Notes: a model not told the origin generated them from the sequence alone. A stretch of DNA of 64,000 nt from Rhodothermales bacterium (GCA_965215145.1 OZ244038.1:1665760-1729759); one strand, 5' to 3'; positions 9,127 through 18,460 are shown, numbered from the stretch's first letter. Numbers and translations are program-made.

Positions 9127-10049
9127 CGGCCGCTCCCGAACGCGTCGGGGTGGATCGCGCGAGCGAGGGCCTCGGCGCCGTCGGCCAGCCGGGGGCCGGG
9201 GCGGAGGAGGAGGTCCGGGTCGATCCCGACGACGCGGCCGTTGCGGACGGCCGGGAGGTCGCGGAAGGCGGGGTGCGCGTCGATCCATCGCTGCGGGGCG
9301 AAGTCAGGGCCGAAGGCGCCGACGATGACCTCGGGCTGCGCCTCGATCACGAACTCCTCCGAGAGCGTGACCCCCTCGCCCTCGAATCCCCCCGTCACAC
9401 TCTCGCCACCTGCGAGGCGGATCAGCTCCTGTGTGTACGAGGCGCCGCCGAAGGCGTAGAGCGTCTCATCCCCGATGAGCAGCAGCACGCGCGGGCGCTC
9501 CTCCTGAGCGTGGGTGCGGACGCGGAGCGGTTCGATTCGCGCCTCGAACCGCTCCGCAGCGGCCTCCGCCTCCCCCCTCGTCCCCAGCAGGTCGCCGATG
9601 GTGCGGAGCGCAGCCGGTACGTCGGCGACCTCGTCGAACGAGAAGAAGTAGGTGGGGACGCCGAGGCCGTCGAGGCGGTCGGCGTCGTCGGGGCGGTTGA
9701 TGGCGGCGTTGGCGAGCAGGAGGTCCGGCTCCAGCGCGACGACGCCCTCGAAGTCGAGCGGGTAGGTGCTGAAGAGCGGGAGCCCGTCGAGGCCCGACGG
9801 GAAGTTGTCCGCCTGCGAGTGCCCGGCGAGCCGGTCCGCGCCGCCGGCCGCGGCGACGAGCTCCGTGAGGTTCGGCGCGAGCGTGAGGATGCGTCCAACA
9901 GGCGACTCCACAGCTACCGCCCGCCCGAGGTCGTCGGTGACGGCGAATGGCGCCGTCGTTGAGTCCTCGGCGGGCGGTGTCACCCGAGCTTCGCACGCAG
10001 CGAAGACGGCGAGCAGGCAGACGAGAAACGGGGTGACACGGTGGAGCAC
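9123..10049 (-). CDS. Periplasmic binding lipoprotein of a cobalamin/siderophore-type ABC importer (BtuF/FhuD class)
   Basis: The GTG at 10049 gives lipobox VLHRVTPFLVCLLAVFAAC. ILTLAPNLTELVAAAG...EPDLLLAN is typical of the PBP class III (Peripla_BP_2) fold. Confidence 0.85.
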   Translation of the reverse strand: MLHRVTPFLVCLLAVFAACEARVTPPAEDSTTAPFAVTDDLGRAVAVESPVGRILTLAPNLTELVAAAGGADRLAGHSQADNFPSGLDGLPLFSTYPLDFEGVVALEPDLLLANAAINRPDDADRLDGLGVPTYFFSFDEVADVPAALRTIGDLLGTRGEAEAAAERFEARIEPLRVRTHAQEERPRVLLLIGDETLYAFGGASYTQELIRLAGGESVTGGFEGEGVTLSEEFVIEAQPEVIVGAFGPDFAPQRWIDAHPAFRDLPAVRNGRVVGIDPDLLLRPGPRLADGAEALARAIHPDAFGSGR

Positions 10050-10092
10050 AGCGGGGCGGGGGCGGGGCGGCGGGAAGGTACGGGCGCGTTCG

Positions 10093-10210
10093 GACCCCCC
10101 GTTCCGGCGGCGCCCCGCAGAGCGGGCCTTGCAGCATCGGGCCTTGCAGCATCGGAGCTTGCCCTCAGGCGACGCCGAAACCGTCCCCCTTGCGAAGGGG
10201 GACAGCCGCG
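10093..10210 (-). repeat. Composite intergenic repeat element, copy A (family shared with 32981-33024 and 35489-35610)
   Basis: The minus strand reads CGCGGCTGTCCCCCTTCGCAAGGGGGACGG...CCTGAGGGCAAGCTCCGATGCTGCAAGGCCCGATGCTGCAAGGCCCGCTCTGCGGGGCGCCGCCGGAACGGGGGGTCC. It contains hairpin GTCCCCC/GGGGGAC and a 15-nt internal duplication. Confidence 0.6.
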
Positions 10211-10273
10211 AGCGTGGCGAGCGGCAGGGGTCCGCCGGCCTCCCGTAGCTTCGGTCGTCCTCCCCGTTCGCCG

Positions 10274-11302
10274 ATGGCCTCACCCGCCGGCCGCTCCCTC
10301 GCGGTCCTCCTCAACCCCACCGCCGGCAGCCTCCGCGCCGGCCGCGAGCGCGCCCGCCTCCGCGCTGCGCTCGACGCCTCCGGCGCCCGGTTCGAGCTCC
10401 TCGCCACCGAGCGGCCCCGGCACGCCAGCGCCCTCGCCCGCGAAGTCGCCGAAGACTTCGACGCGGTGATCGCGGCGGGGGGGGACGGGACGCTGCAGGA
10501 GGTGGCGACAGGGCTGTTCGGGCTGGAGGACGACGAGGGCCGACCTCGCGCGGCGCTCGGGGTGATCCCGCTCGGGACTGGCAACGACTTCGCGGAGTTG
10601 ATCCGGATGCCGCGGCGGCCGGAGGCGGCGGTGCGCGCGCTCCTCACGGCACGACCGGTGCGGGTGGACGGGGGCGCCGTCCGGTGGCGCGAGGGCGCCG
10701 ACCGGCGCTGGCACGAGGGCGTCTTCCTCAACGCCGTCGGCGTCGGGCTCGACGCGCTGGCGGCGGCGCTGGCCGGCGGGTTCAAGCGGTTCCGGGGCAA
10801 GAGCGCTTACCTCGCCGGCATCCTCCGGGCGCTCCGGGAGTGGCCCCGCCCCGAGGTCGCCATCGAGCGTCTGAGCACCGATGGCGCCGCCGAGCCGCTG
10901 CACCGGGGGCGGCTGTTCCTCGCCGCCGTCGGAAACGGCCGCGCCGTCGGCGGCGGCTTCCGCCTCACCCCCGAGGCGCTGCTCACCGACGGGCTCCTCG
11001 ACCTCTGCTTCGTCGAGGACGTGCGGCACCGGCGGCTGCCCGTCCTGATCCCGCAGGTGATTCGGGGGCGCCACCTCGGCGCCTCGGAGGTCCGCAGCGA
11101 GCGGCTCCCCGGCCTCCGCCTCTGCGCGGCGGAGCACGGCCTCCCGGTCCACCTCGACGGGGAGGTGCTCACGCGGGCGGCCTCCGAGGTCGAGGTCCGC
11201 ATTGCCCCCGGCGCCTTCTGCGTGCTCTGCCCCGACCCCTCCGTCCCTGCGCTCGGCAAGGCGCGCGCAGAAAGGCCGCGCCCGATGCAGCTGTCGGCGT
11301 GA
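10274..11302 (+). CDS. Diacylglycerol/lipid kinase family protein (YegS/BmrU-like)
   Basis: LAVLLNPTAG, AAGGDGTLQEV and IPLGTGNDFA are the DAGK catalytic-domain motifs. The ATG at 10274 lies inside the listed ORF. Confidence 0.85.
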   Translation: MASPAGRSLAVLLNPTAGSLRAGRERARLRAALDASGARFELLATERPRHASALAREVAEDFDAVIAAGGDGTLQEVATGLFGLEDDEGRPRAALGVIPLGTGNDFAELIRMPRRPEAAVRALLTARPVRVDGGAVRWREGADRRWHEGVFLNAVGVGLDALAAALAGGFKRFRGKSAYLAGILRALREWPRPEVAIERLSTDGAAEPLHRGRLFLAAVGNGRAVGGGFRLTPEALLTDGLLDLCFVEDVRHRRLPVLIPQVIRGRHLGASEVRSERLPGLRLCAAEHGLPVHLDGEVLTRAASEVEVRIAPGAFCVLCPDPSVPALGKARAERPRPMQLSA

Positions 11303-11372
11303 TCGTTACGGAACGAAACGGTATCTTGGTCGCCCACCGCTCCCACCACCCCCTCCGACGAGGAGGAGCCCG

Positions 11373-12770
11373 ATGAGCAAGAAGCGGATCTACATCGTAG
11401 ACGACGACCCCAAGATCGGCGAGCTCTTCGCCACCGTGCTCCAGCGCGACGGGTACGAGACGCGCCACTTCACGAGCGGCCTCGCCATGCTCGACGTGCT
11501 CGACAAGGGCGAGGTGCCGGACCTCCTGCTGACCGACCTCATGATGCCCGAGATCGCTGGCACAGCGCTCATCGAGGAGGTCCGCAACCGCGACCTCGCG
11601 CTGCCGGTGATCATGATGACGGCGCACTCGTCCGTGCAGACGGCCGTCGAGGCCATGCGGCTCGGGGCGTTCCACTACCTCCAGAAGCCCGTGAACCTGG
11701 AGGAGATGCGGACGCTCCTCGCCAAGGCGCTCGACCTCTACGGCGACCGGAAGGAGCTCCGCGAGATCAAGCGCGAGCGGAAGCAGGCCCACGACGTCAC
11801 GAGGGTGATCGGGACGAGCCGCGAGATCGAGGCCGTCCGCGAGACCATCGCCGCGCTCCACGACGTCCCCAACACGACGGTGCTGCTGCGGGGGGAGACG
11901 GGGACCGGCAAGAACCTCGTCGCCAAGACCATCCACCACAACTCGGCGTGGAACGCCGGGCGCTTCCTGGAGATCAACTGCGCCGCGCTGCCGGACAACC
12001 TCCTGGAGAGCGAGCTCTTCGGCTACGAGAAGGGGGCCTTCACCGACGCCCGCGCCGCCAAGCCCGGCCTCCTCGAGCTCGCCGACGGCGGGACGCTGTT
12101 CCTCGACGAGATCGACTCGATGTCGATGACGCTCCAGGCCAAGCTCCTCCAGTTCCTCGAGAGCCGGACCTTCCGCCGCCTCGGCGGCACCGAGGACCTC
12201 AAGGTGACGACGCGGCTGCTCTGCGCCACGAACGCCGCGCTGGAGGAGCGGGTCAAGGAGAAGGCGTTCCGCAAGGACCTCTTCTTCCGCATCAACGTCG
12301 TCTCGATCCGGCTCCCGGCGCTGCGCCAGATGGGCCGCGACGTGATCGCCATCGCCGAGACGCTCGTGCGGACGTTCAACGACGAGCTCAAGCGGGAGGT
12401 CGGGGGGTTCACGGAGGCCGCCGAGGAGAAGCTCCTCGCGCACGACTGGCCCGGCAACGTCCGCGAGCTGCGCAACGTGATCGAGCGGGCCATGATCTTC
12501 ACCCGGAAGCCGCTCCTCGACGCCCCGGACCTCCAGCTCCTCAAGACCGACGACTTCGGCGACGACGCGGCCGACGGCTACTTCCGCTTCCGCACCGGCG
12601 GCTCGCTGGAGGAGCTGGAGTACACGTACATCCGCCACGTCCTCGAGACCTACGACACCTCCTACGCCGAGGTCGCCCGCATCCTCGGGATCTCGAAGAA
12701 GACGCTGTGGGAGAAGCGGAAGAAGTACAACCTCGACGAGCCCGTCGCGGAGGCCGAGGTCACTGCCTGA
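11373..12770 (+). CDS. Sigma-54-dependent response regulator (NtrC family: REC + AAA+ + HTH)
   Basis: The ATG is preceded by AGGAGGAG. The receiver domain has IYIVDDD...[10 protein letters not shown]. Walker A is GETGTGKN. The sigma54-contact loop is [10 protein letters not shown]-terminal Fis-type HTH is present. Confidence 0.9.
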   Translation: MSKKRIYIVDDDPKIGELFATVLQRDGYETRHFTSGLAMLDVLDKGEVPDLLLTDLMMPEIAGTALIEEVRNRDLALPVIMMTAHSSVQTAVEAMRLGAFHYLQKPVNLEEMRTLLAKALDLYGDRKELREIKRERKQAHDVTRVIGTSREIEAVRETIAALHDVPNTTVLLRGETGTGKNLVAKTIHHNSAWNAGRFLEINCAALPDNLLESELFGYEKGAFTDARAAKPGLLELADGGTLFLDEIDSMSMTLQAKLLQFLESRTFRRLGGTEDLKVTTRLLCATNAALEERVKEKAFRKDLFFRINVVSIRLPALRQMGRDVIAIAETLVRTFNDELKREVGGFTEAAEEKLLAHDWPGNVRELRNVIERAMIFTRKPLLDAPDLQLLKTDDFGDDAADGYFRFRTGGSLEELEYTYIRHVLETYDTSYAEVARILGISKKTLWEKRKKYNLDEPVAEAEVTA

Positions 12771-12805
12771 ACAGCACGGCCGTGCGCCCCTACGCCCGAG
12801 ACCGC

Positions 12806-13702
12806 ATGACCGAGCACCGGAAGCGAACGCTGGAGCGCGAGGCCGCAGACGCCGGCTACGTCCTCGTCCCCGCCGACCGCGTCGCCGAGGACGCCGGGCT
12901 CCAGCGGGCGCTGGAGCGGGTCGTCGGCGCGGGGGCCAGCCGCGTGGGCGTCCGCGCGGGGGAGGGCGGCGCCCCCTCGGAGGCGTGCCGGCTCGCGCCG
13001 CCCATCGCGCGGCTGATCGACCACACCGTCCTCGCCCCGGACACCACGGAGGCCCGCGTCCGCGCCCTCTGCGCCGAGGCCCGCGAGCACTGCTTCGCCA
13101 GCGTCTGCGTGAACCCGTGCTGGGTCCCGCTGGCCGCGGAGGAGCTGCGCGGGGCGCCGCCGGCGGTCTGCACCGTGATCGGCTTCCCCTTCGGGGCGGA
13201 CCGGGCGCCGGTGAAGGCGGCCGAGACCGAGCGCGCCGTCCAGGACGGCGCCACCGAGGTGGACATGGTGCTCAACGTCGGCTTCCTCAAAAGCGGGCGC
13301 TACGCCGAGGCCGAGGACGACGTGCGCGCCGTGGTGAAGGCCGCACGCGGCGCCGGTCGGACGGCGCGCGCCCGCAAGGCTACCGAGCGCGTGCTCGTCA
13401 AGGTGATCCTGGAGACGGCCCTGCTGAGCGACGAGGAGAAGGTGATCGCGTGCGTCCTCGCCCAGAACGCCGGGGCCGACTTCGTGAAGACCTCGACGGG
13501 GTTCGCCAAGGGCGGGGCGAGCCCGGCGGACGTGGCGCTGATGCGCCGGGTGGTGGGGGACCGGATGGGCGTGAAGGCCAGCGGCGGCATCCGCTCGCTG
13601 GAGACGGCGCAGGAGATGGTGGCGAGCGGCGCCACCCGGATCGGCGCGAGCGCGTCGGTCGCCATCGTGCAAGGCGCCGAGGCCGGCGGCAACGGGTACT
13701 GA
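12806..13702 (+). CDS. deoC: Deoxyribose-phosphate aldolase with ~70-aa N-terminal extension (start uncertain)
   Basis: [42 protein letters not shown] (Schiff-base Lys) and VKASGGIR are present. Confidence 0.85.
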   Translation: MTEHRKRTLEREAADAGYVLVPADRVAEDAGLQRALERVVGAGASRVGVRAGEGGAPSEACRLAPPIARLIDHTVLAPDTTEARVRALCAEAREHCFASVCVNPCWVPLAAEELRGAPPAVCTVIGFPFGADRAPVKAAETERAVQDGATEVDMVLNVGFLKSGRYAEAEDDVRAVVKAARGAGRTARARKATERVLVKVILETALLSDEEKVIACVLAQNAGADFVKTSTGFAKGGASPADVALMRRVVGDRMGVKASGGIRSLETAQEMVASGATRIGASASVAIVQGAEAGGNGY

Positions 13703-13783
13703 GTTGGAGCAAGCAAAGGACAGAGGACGCTAAACCTCGAAAATAAATCGGTTCTCCGAGATCATAGCGCATGGCAGAGGTCG

Positions 13784-13839
13784 GGGCGGACCCGCGTGTC
13801 CGCCCGGACCCGGTGAAGGGCGGACACAGAGGTCCGCCC
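13784..13839. repeat. Two adjacent GGGCGGAC-N6-GTCCGCCC hairpins
   Basis: The hairpins are at 13784-13805 and 13818-13839. The same stem sequence occurs again at 38491-38512. Confidence 0.7.
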
Positions 13840-13902
13840 CTACGGCTCCAGGGTGCACCATCATCTCAGCGAGTTGGTATAAGAAGGACCTGGAGCCAAA
13901 CC

Positions 13903-13927
13903 GTAGGGGCGCAATGCATTGCGCCCT
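13903..13927. repeat. GTAGGGGCG-type palindrome
   Basis: The sequence is GTAGGGGCGCAATGCATTGCGCCCT, with a perfect 20-nt core GGGCGCAATGCATTGCGCCC. Confidence 0.7.
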
Positions 13928-13946
13928 CCGAAGGGCTAGCACTCCG

Positions 13947-14198
13947 TCCACCGTCTCCCGTCCACCGTCTCCCGTCCACCGTCTCCCGTCCACCGTCTCC
14001 CGTCCACCGTCTCCCGTCCACCGTCTCCCGTCCACCGTCTCCCGTCCACCGTCTCCCGTCCACCGTCTCCCGTCCACCGTCTCCCGTCCACCGTCTCCCG
14101 TCCACCGTCTCCCGTCCACCGTCTCCCGTCCACCGTCTCCCGTCCACCGTCTCCCGTCCACCGTCTCCCGTCCACCGTCTCCCGTCCACCGTCTCCCG
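13947..14198. repeat. Perfect tandem repeat, 18 x 14 bp (TCCACCGTCTCCCG)
   Basis: I counted it directly. Unit n starts at 13947+14(n-1) and there are no mismatches in 252 nt. It ends 31 nt before the SPOR gene ATG. Confidence 0.98.
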
Positions 14199-14229
14199 CT
14201 ATCTTCCCCCGACCCCTCGCTCCCCGCCG

Positions 14230-14784
14230 ATGCACCGCTCCGCCTTTTCCCTGCTCCTCGCCGTCGCTCTCTGCCTCACCGCGTGCAGCGGCGGCGCCCG
14301 CACGACGGAGACCCCCGAGCCGGTCGTCGTCGAGCCTGTCGGGCCGACGAGCTACCCGGCCTACGAGACGTTCGACCCCTCGGACTACGACGCGGAGCCG
14401 CCGGACGCGCCGGCCCGCGCGGAGGTCGAGCACGACGTGCCGGCGGCGCTGATGGCGGGGACCATCGTGGAGGCGGAGCCCGACGAGCCGCGGACGGTGC
14501 AGGGCTTCCGCATCCAGACCTTCTCGTCTGAGAGCAAGGCCACCGCCGACGGCGCGCGGGACGCCCTCGAGGCGTGGTGGGAGGACGCCCGGCGCGGCGC
14601 CGCAGCCCGCGAGGCGTTCCCCTACGGGTTCGGCACGGAGGTCGTGTTCAACCGCCCGTACTACCGCGTCCGCGGCGGGGCCTTCGAGTTCCGCGACGAG
14701 GCCGACGCCGCGCTCCGCCTCGTGCGCGAGCGCTTCCCCGAGGCGTTCATCGTGCCGGACCGCGTCACGCTCCGCCCGGACTGA
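14230..14784 (+). CDS. SPOR-domain lipoprotein
   Basis: Lipobox MHRSAFSLLLAVALCLTAC is present. The C-terminal SPOR-like domain is VQGFRIQTFSSESKATADGARDAL...YYRVRGGAFEFRDEADAALRLV. Confidence 0.75.
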   Translation: MHRSAFSLLLAVALCLTACSGGARTTETPEPVVVEPVGPTSYPAYETFDPSDYDAEPPDAPARAEVEHDVPAALMAGTIVEAEPDEPRTVQGFRIQTFSSESKATADGARDALEAWWEDARRGAAAREAFPYGFGTEVVFNRPYYRVRGGAFEFRDEADAALRLVRERFPEAFIVPDRVTLRPD

Positions 14785-14793
14785 GGCGCTGGG

Positions 14794-15144
14794 CTAGCGC
14801 GCCTCGTCGGCCGCGACCTCCCCCTCGATCACGTTGGTGAAGTGCGTGCGGGCCTTGCCGCCGTCGAGGACGACGGCGTGGACGAGCTGGAAGACCCCCC
14901 GCTCGCTCCGCATCGTGAGCTCGGCGAAGAGGCGGTCGCCGTCCTCCACCGTCCGGTCCGCCTCGACGGACGAGATGGCGCCGTGGAAGTCGAAAAAGTC
15001 CCGGTACTGCTGACGGATGGCGTCGCGCCCGGTCTTCGTGCCGAACTCGAACGAGAGCATCCTCGCGTCGTCGTGGTAGAGGGCGGCGAGGGCGTCGGCG
15101 TCGGCGGTGGGGAGGTGCTGGCGGAGGTCCTGGAGGAACGGCAT
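14794..15144 (-). CDS. SnoaL/NTF2-like fold protein
   Basis: 116 aa with an LYHDDARMLSFEFG...GRDAIRQQYRDFF pattern typical of SnoaL-like proteins. Confidence 0.65.
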   Translation of the reverse strand: MPFLQDLRQHLPTADADALAALYHDDARMLSFEFGTKTGRDAIRQQYRDFFDFHGAISSVEADRTVEDGDRLFAELTMRSERGVFQLVHAVVLDGGKARTHFTNVIEGEVAADEAR

Positions 15145-15255
15145 CGGAGAGGGGAGGGGTGAGAGGGGTGACCGGTTACACGGCCGACGGCGCCGACGGT
15201 TTTCGAGCAGCGGAAGCTCCCACTGCCTTCTGCCCGCTGCCCCCTGCTCGCTGAA

Positions 15256-16026
15256 CTACGCGTTCTTCCGCGCGGCCCACGCGGCGCCGACGATGCCGGC
15301 CTCGTTCTCCAGCACGGCCGGGACGAGGCGGGCCTCCGTGCTCAGGAGGTGGCCGAACTCCCCCCACCGCTCCGGCCGGCTCACCCCCCCGCCGACGATG
15401 ACGAGGTCCGGCGAGAGGATGAACTCGATGTGGTCGAGGACCTCCTGCACGCGCTCGGCCCACGCCTCCCACGGCAGCTCCTCGCGCTTGCGGACGGCGT
15501 TCGAGGCGCGGTGCTCCAGGATGAGCCCGTCGAGCTCGAGGTGGCCGAACTCCGTGTTCGGGACGAGCCGGCCGTCGACGAAGAGCGCGCTCCCGATGCC
15601 GGTCCCGAGGGTCAGCATGATGACCGTGCCCTCCTGCCCCGCGCCGGCGCCGAACCGCGTCTCGGCGAGGCCCGCCGCGTCGGCGTCGTTCAGCACGAGG
15701 GTCTTCAGGCCGGTCCGGTCGCGGAAGAGCCGCGCGGCGTCGGTCCCGATCCACGCGTCGTCGATGTTGGCGGCCGTCTCCATCGTGCCGCGGCGGACGC
15801 GGCCGGGCATGGTGCAGCCCATGCGGCCCTTCCAGCGGAAGTGTTTCTGGATGGCCCGGACCGCCTCGGCGACGGCCTCCGGCGTCGCCGGCTGCGGGGT
15901 GTCGATCCGGTGCCGCTCGCCGACGAGTTCGCCGCGCTTCGTGTGGACGAGGGCCCCCTTCGTCCCCGTCCCCCCGACGTCGACGCCGAGGACGACCTTC
16001 GCCGCCTTCTTTTTCTTCTTGCCCAT
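15256..16026 (-). CDS. ppgK: ROK-family polyphosphate/ATP glucokinase
   Basis: The ATG at 16026 gives MGKKKKKAAKVVLGVDVGGTGTKGALV. LNDADAAGLAE, LTLGTGIGSALF and EFGHLELDG are also present. The size and motifs fit PpgK. Confidence 0.8.
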   Translation of the reverse strand: MGKKKKKAAKVVLGVDVGGTGTKGALVHTKRGELVGERHRIDTPQPATPEAVAEAVRAIQKHFRWKGRMGCTMPGRVRRGTMETAANIDDAWIGTDAARLFRDRTGLKTLVLNDADAAGLAETRFGAGAGQEGTVIMLTLGTGIGSALFVDGRLVPNTEFGHLELDGLILEHRASNAVRKREELPWEAWAERVQEVLDHIEFILSPDLVIVGGGVSRPERWGEFGHLLSTEARLVPAVLENEAGIVGAAWAARKNA

Positions 16027-16078
16027 CCCGCACTGGCTACGTGATGCCGGGAGTCTACGGCGGATGGGGGGACCGCAG

Positions 16079-17044
16079 CTAGGGGGCGACCTCCAGGTAC
16101 TGCACGCTGAAGAGCCCGTCGGCGTCGGTCCAGCAGTGGAGGGGCCGAAAGCCCGCCCCGGCCGCGAGCTCCGCGAACCCGTCGAGGGTGTACTTGTGCG
16201 AGCTCTCCGTGTGGATCGCATCGCCGGCCGCGAACCGGAACGTGCGGCCCCCGACGGAGACCTCCTGAGGGCGCCGGCTGACGAGGTGCATCTCGACCCG
16301 GCCCTCGGCCTCGTCCCACACGGCGCGGTGCTCGAACGCCTCCGGCTCGAAGTCGGCGCCGAGCGCGGCGTTGATGTGGTGGAGGACGTTCCGGTTGAAC
16401 GCGGCCGTGACGCCCGCGGCGTCGTCGTAGGCCGGGAGGAGGAGGGCCGGGTCCTTCTTGAGGTCCACGCCGATGAGGAGCCCGCCGCCGGGGCCGACGA
16501 CGCCGGCGATGTGGCCGAGGAAGGCGGCGGCGTCCTCGCGGTCGAAGTTGCCGATGGTCGAGCCGGGGAAGACGACGACGCGCTTCCGCCGCCGCTCGGG
16601 GTCGTCCGGCAGGGCGAACCGGTCCGAGGTGTAGTCGGCGGCGACGGGCTCGACGCGGAGGCCGGGGTAGTCCCGCCGGACCTCGTCAGCGGCGGCGCGG
16701 AGGTGCTCGGCGGAGATGTCCACGGGGACGTAGGCCGCGGGCTCCGCGAGGCGGTCGAGCAGCAGCCGGATCTTCCGGCTCGACCCGCTCCCGTACTCGA
16801 TCAGCACGGCGCCGGGGCCGACGGCCGCGGCCATCTCGCCGGCGTGCGCCTCCAGGATGGCAAGCTCCGTGCGGGTGGGGTAGTACTCGGGCAGCTCGGT
16901 GATCCGCTCGAAGAGCTCCGAGCCACGGGCGTCGTAGAAGTACTTCGAGGGGAGCGCCTTCGGCGTCCGCGAGAGCCCGTCGAGCACGTCCCGCAGAAAC
17001 GCCTCCTGCTGCTCGTCGAGGGCTGGTGCTGCGGGGTCTGCCAT
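16079..17044 (-). CDS. egtD: L-histidine N-alpha-methyltransferase (ergothioneine biosynthesis)
   Basis: LPSKYFYDARGSELFERITELPEYYPTRTE...IEYGSGSSRKIRLLL is the EgtD signature region. Confidence 0.9.
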   Translation of the reverse strand: MADPAAPALDEQQEAFLRDVLDGLSRTPKALPSKYFYDARGSELFERITELPEYYPTRTELAILEAHAGEMAAAVGPGAVLIEYGSGSSRKIRLLLDRLAEPAAYVPVDISAEHLRAAADEVRRDYPGLRVEPVAADYTSDRFALPDDPERRRKRVVVFPGSTIGNFDREDAAAFLGHIAGVVGPGGGLLIGVDLKKDPALLLPAYDDAAGVTAAFNRNVLHHINAALGADFEPEAFEHRAVWDEAEGRVEMHLVSRRPQEVSVGGRTFRFAAGDAIHTESSHKYTLDGFAELAAGAGFRPLHCWTDADGLFSVQYLEVAP

Positions 17045-17052
17045 TCTGAAGG

Positions 17053-17073
17053 GGGGCGTATGCCATACGCCCC
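17053..17073. repeat. GGGGCG-type palindrome in the egtB-egtD spacer
   Basis: GGGGCGTATG-C-CATACGCCCC is followed by TAC. Confidence 0.7.
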
Positions 17074-17113
17074 TACGGGCGGGCCGGCGGGGTTCAGTAT
17101 TCTGCTCGCTGAG

Positions 17114-18460
17114 CTACCTTGCCAGACGGAGGCCGGTGAACTGCCACGTAGCGGCGGGGGCGAAGAAGTTGCGGTACGAGGGGCGGAAGTGGCTCCGGCT
17201 CGTGGCGCAGCTCCCGCCGCGGAGGACGAACTGCCCGCACATCCACTTCCCGTTGTACTCGCCGAGCGCGCCGGGCTCGGGGGCGTAGCCGGGGTAAGCG
17301 CCGTACGGGCTCTGTGTCCACTCCCACGCGTCGCCGAACATCTGCCGGAGCCGGGGTGCGGCCGGGGCGCCATCGCCGCCGGCAACGGGCTCCGGGGGGG
17401 TGGGGTGAAGCCGACCGGTCTCAACGAAGTTGCCGGTGATGCCCTCGCGCTCCTCGACGGCCCGCGCGGCGACCTCCCACTCGAACTCCGTCGGGAGGCG
17501 GTGGCCAGCCCAGCGGGCGTAGGCGTCGGCCTCGAAGTACGAGAGGTGGGTGACGGGCTCGTGGGGGTCCACGGGTCGCATCCCGGCGAGCGTGAAGTGC
17601 CACCACTCCCCATCGCGCCGCTCCCAGTAAAACGGCTCGGACCAGCCGTGCTCCTGCACGGTGGCCCACCCCTCCGAGAGCCACAGCGGCGCGCGCTCGT
17701 AGCCGCCGTCCTCCATGAACTCCAGGAACTCCCCGCACGTCACGAGCCGGTCGGCGAGGGCGAAGGCTTCGAGGAAGTGGCGGTGGCGCGGCCCCTCGTT
17801 GTCGAACGTGAACGGCCCATCTTTGCTGGCGTCGTAGCCGATCTCGTGTAGCCCCTCGTCGAAGGCTACCCACCGCAACGGGCCGGGGTCGGGGGCCGGG
17901 GCGTGGGGGCGTTCGCGGTAGGCCGGGCGGAGGGGGTTGACCGAGAAGACGTGCTTGATGTCGGTCAGCATCAGCTCCTGGTGCTGCTGCTCGTGGTTGA
18001 GCCCGACGCGGACGACCTCGCCGAGCCGCGATGTGTCGTCGCCGGGGAGGCCGTCGAGGAGGCGCATCATGTGCTCGTCGACGTGGCGGCGAAAGGCGGA
18101 AACCTCCTCGACCGTCGGGCGCGAGAGGTAGCCCCGCTGCGCCCGGCAGTGCCGCTCGCCGGCCTGGACGTAGTACGAGTTGAACAGGAACGGGTACGCC
18201 TCGTCGTAGAGGGCATACCCATCGGCGAACTCCCGCAGCACGAACGTCTCCCAGAACCACGTGGTGTGGGCGAGGTGCCACTTCGTCGGGCTCACGTCCT
18301 CCATCGACTGTACGACGTGGTCCTCGGTGGCGAGGGGCTCGGTGAGGCGCTCCGTGAAGGCGCGGACGAGCCGGTACTGCTCGGCCAGCGGGAGGGCCTG
18401 GAACGCGGCGCGGTCGGGGACGTCCGTGAGGCGAGCGGGGGCGGTGACGGTGGCGGGCAT
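17114..18460 (-). CDS. egtB: Ergothioneine biosynthesis sulfoxide synthase EgtB (DinB-like + FGE-sulfatase domains)
   Basis: The ATG at 18460 gives MPATVTAPARL. WHLAHTTWFWETFVL, NHEQQHQELMLTDIKH, GDAWEWTQSPY and RGGSCATSRSHFRPSYRNFF are present. Confidence 0.9.
   Translation of the reverse strand: MPATVTAPARLTDVPDRAAFQALPLAEQYRLVRAFTERLTEPLATEDHVVQSMEDVSPTKWHLAHTTWFWETFVLREFADGYALYDEAYPFLFNSYYVQAGERHCRAQRGYLSRPTVEEVSAFRRHVDEHMMRLLDGLPGDDTSRLGEVVRVGLNHEQQHQELMLTDIKHVFSVNPLRPAYRERPHAPAPDPGPLRWVAFDEGLHEIGYDASKDGPFTFDNEGPRHRHFLEAFALADRLVTCGEFLEFMEDGGYERAPLWLSEGWATVQEHGWSEPFYWERRDGEWWHFTLAGMRPVDPHEPVTHLSYFEADAYARWAGHRLPTEFEWEVAARAVEEREGITGNFVETGRLHPTPPEPVAGGDGAPAAPRLRQMFGDAWEWTQSPYGAYPGYAPEPGALGEYNGKWMCGQFVLRGGSCATSRSHFRPSYRNFFAPAATWQFTGLRLAR

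Noticed and set aside
8107-9288. Long N-terminal extensions of true genes in the ORF track (permease to 9288, binding protein to 10283, lipid kinase from 10190, EBP from 11202, deoC from 11948, egtB to 18916, VIT-vWA to 38721, DUF4139-like to 35816, and others)
   Set aside because: The extensions are Arg/Pro-rich, overlap neighbouring genes or repeat elements, and precede obvious signal peptides or lipoboxes or conserved N-termini. Internal starts give compact operon junctions such as the GTGA overlap at 9123-9126.
10050-10273. Possible cobalamin riboswitch in the 5' region of the BtuF-like binding protein gene
   Set aside because: The context is right: a B12/siderophore-type ABC operon with a structured 225-nt leader. 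However, I could not find the B12 box (…AGYCMGGAGACCKGCC-like) or the GGTGNNAATCC / GCCACTG core elements on the minus strand. The structure is instead explained by the composite repeat that also occurs at 35489-35610, upstream of an unrelated gene. An Rfam RF00174 scan would settle it.
13947-14198. CRISPR array
   Set aside because: The 14-bp units are directly abutting with no spacers and no cas genes are nearby. This is a minisatellite, not a CRISPR.
13771-14784. 337-aa ORF running through the tandem repeat into the SPOR gene (repeat protein PPSPVHRLPSTVSR x6)
   Set aside because: The N-terminal part is translated from palindromic repeat elements. The 14-nt unit is not codon-periodic, and all three frames and the antisense strand are equally open. 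A clean lipoprotein signal starts at the internal ATG at 14230.
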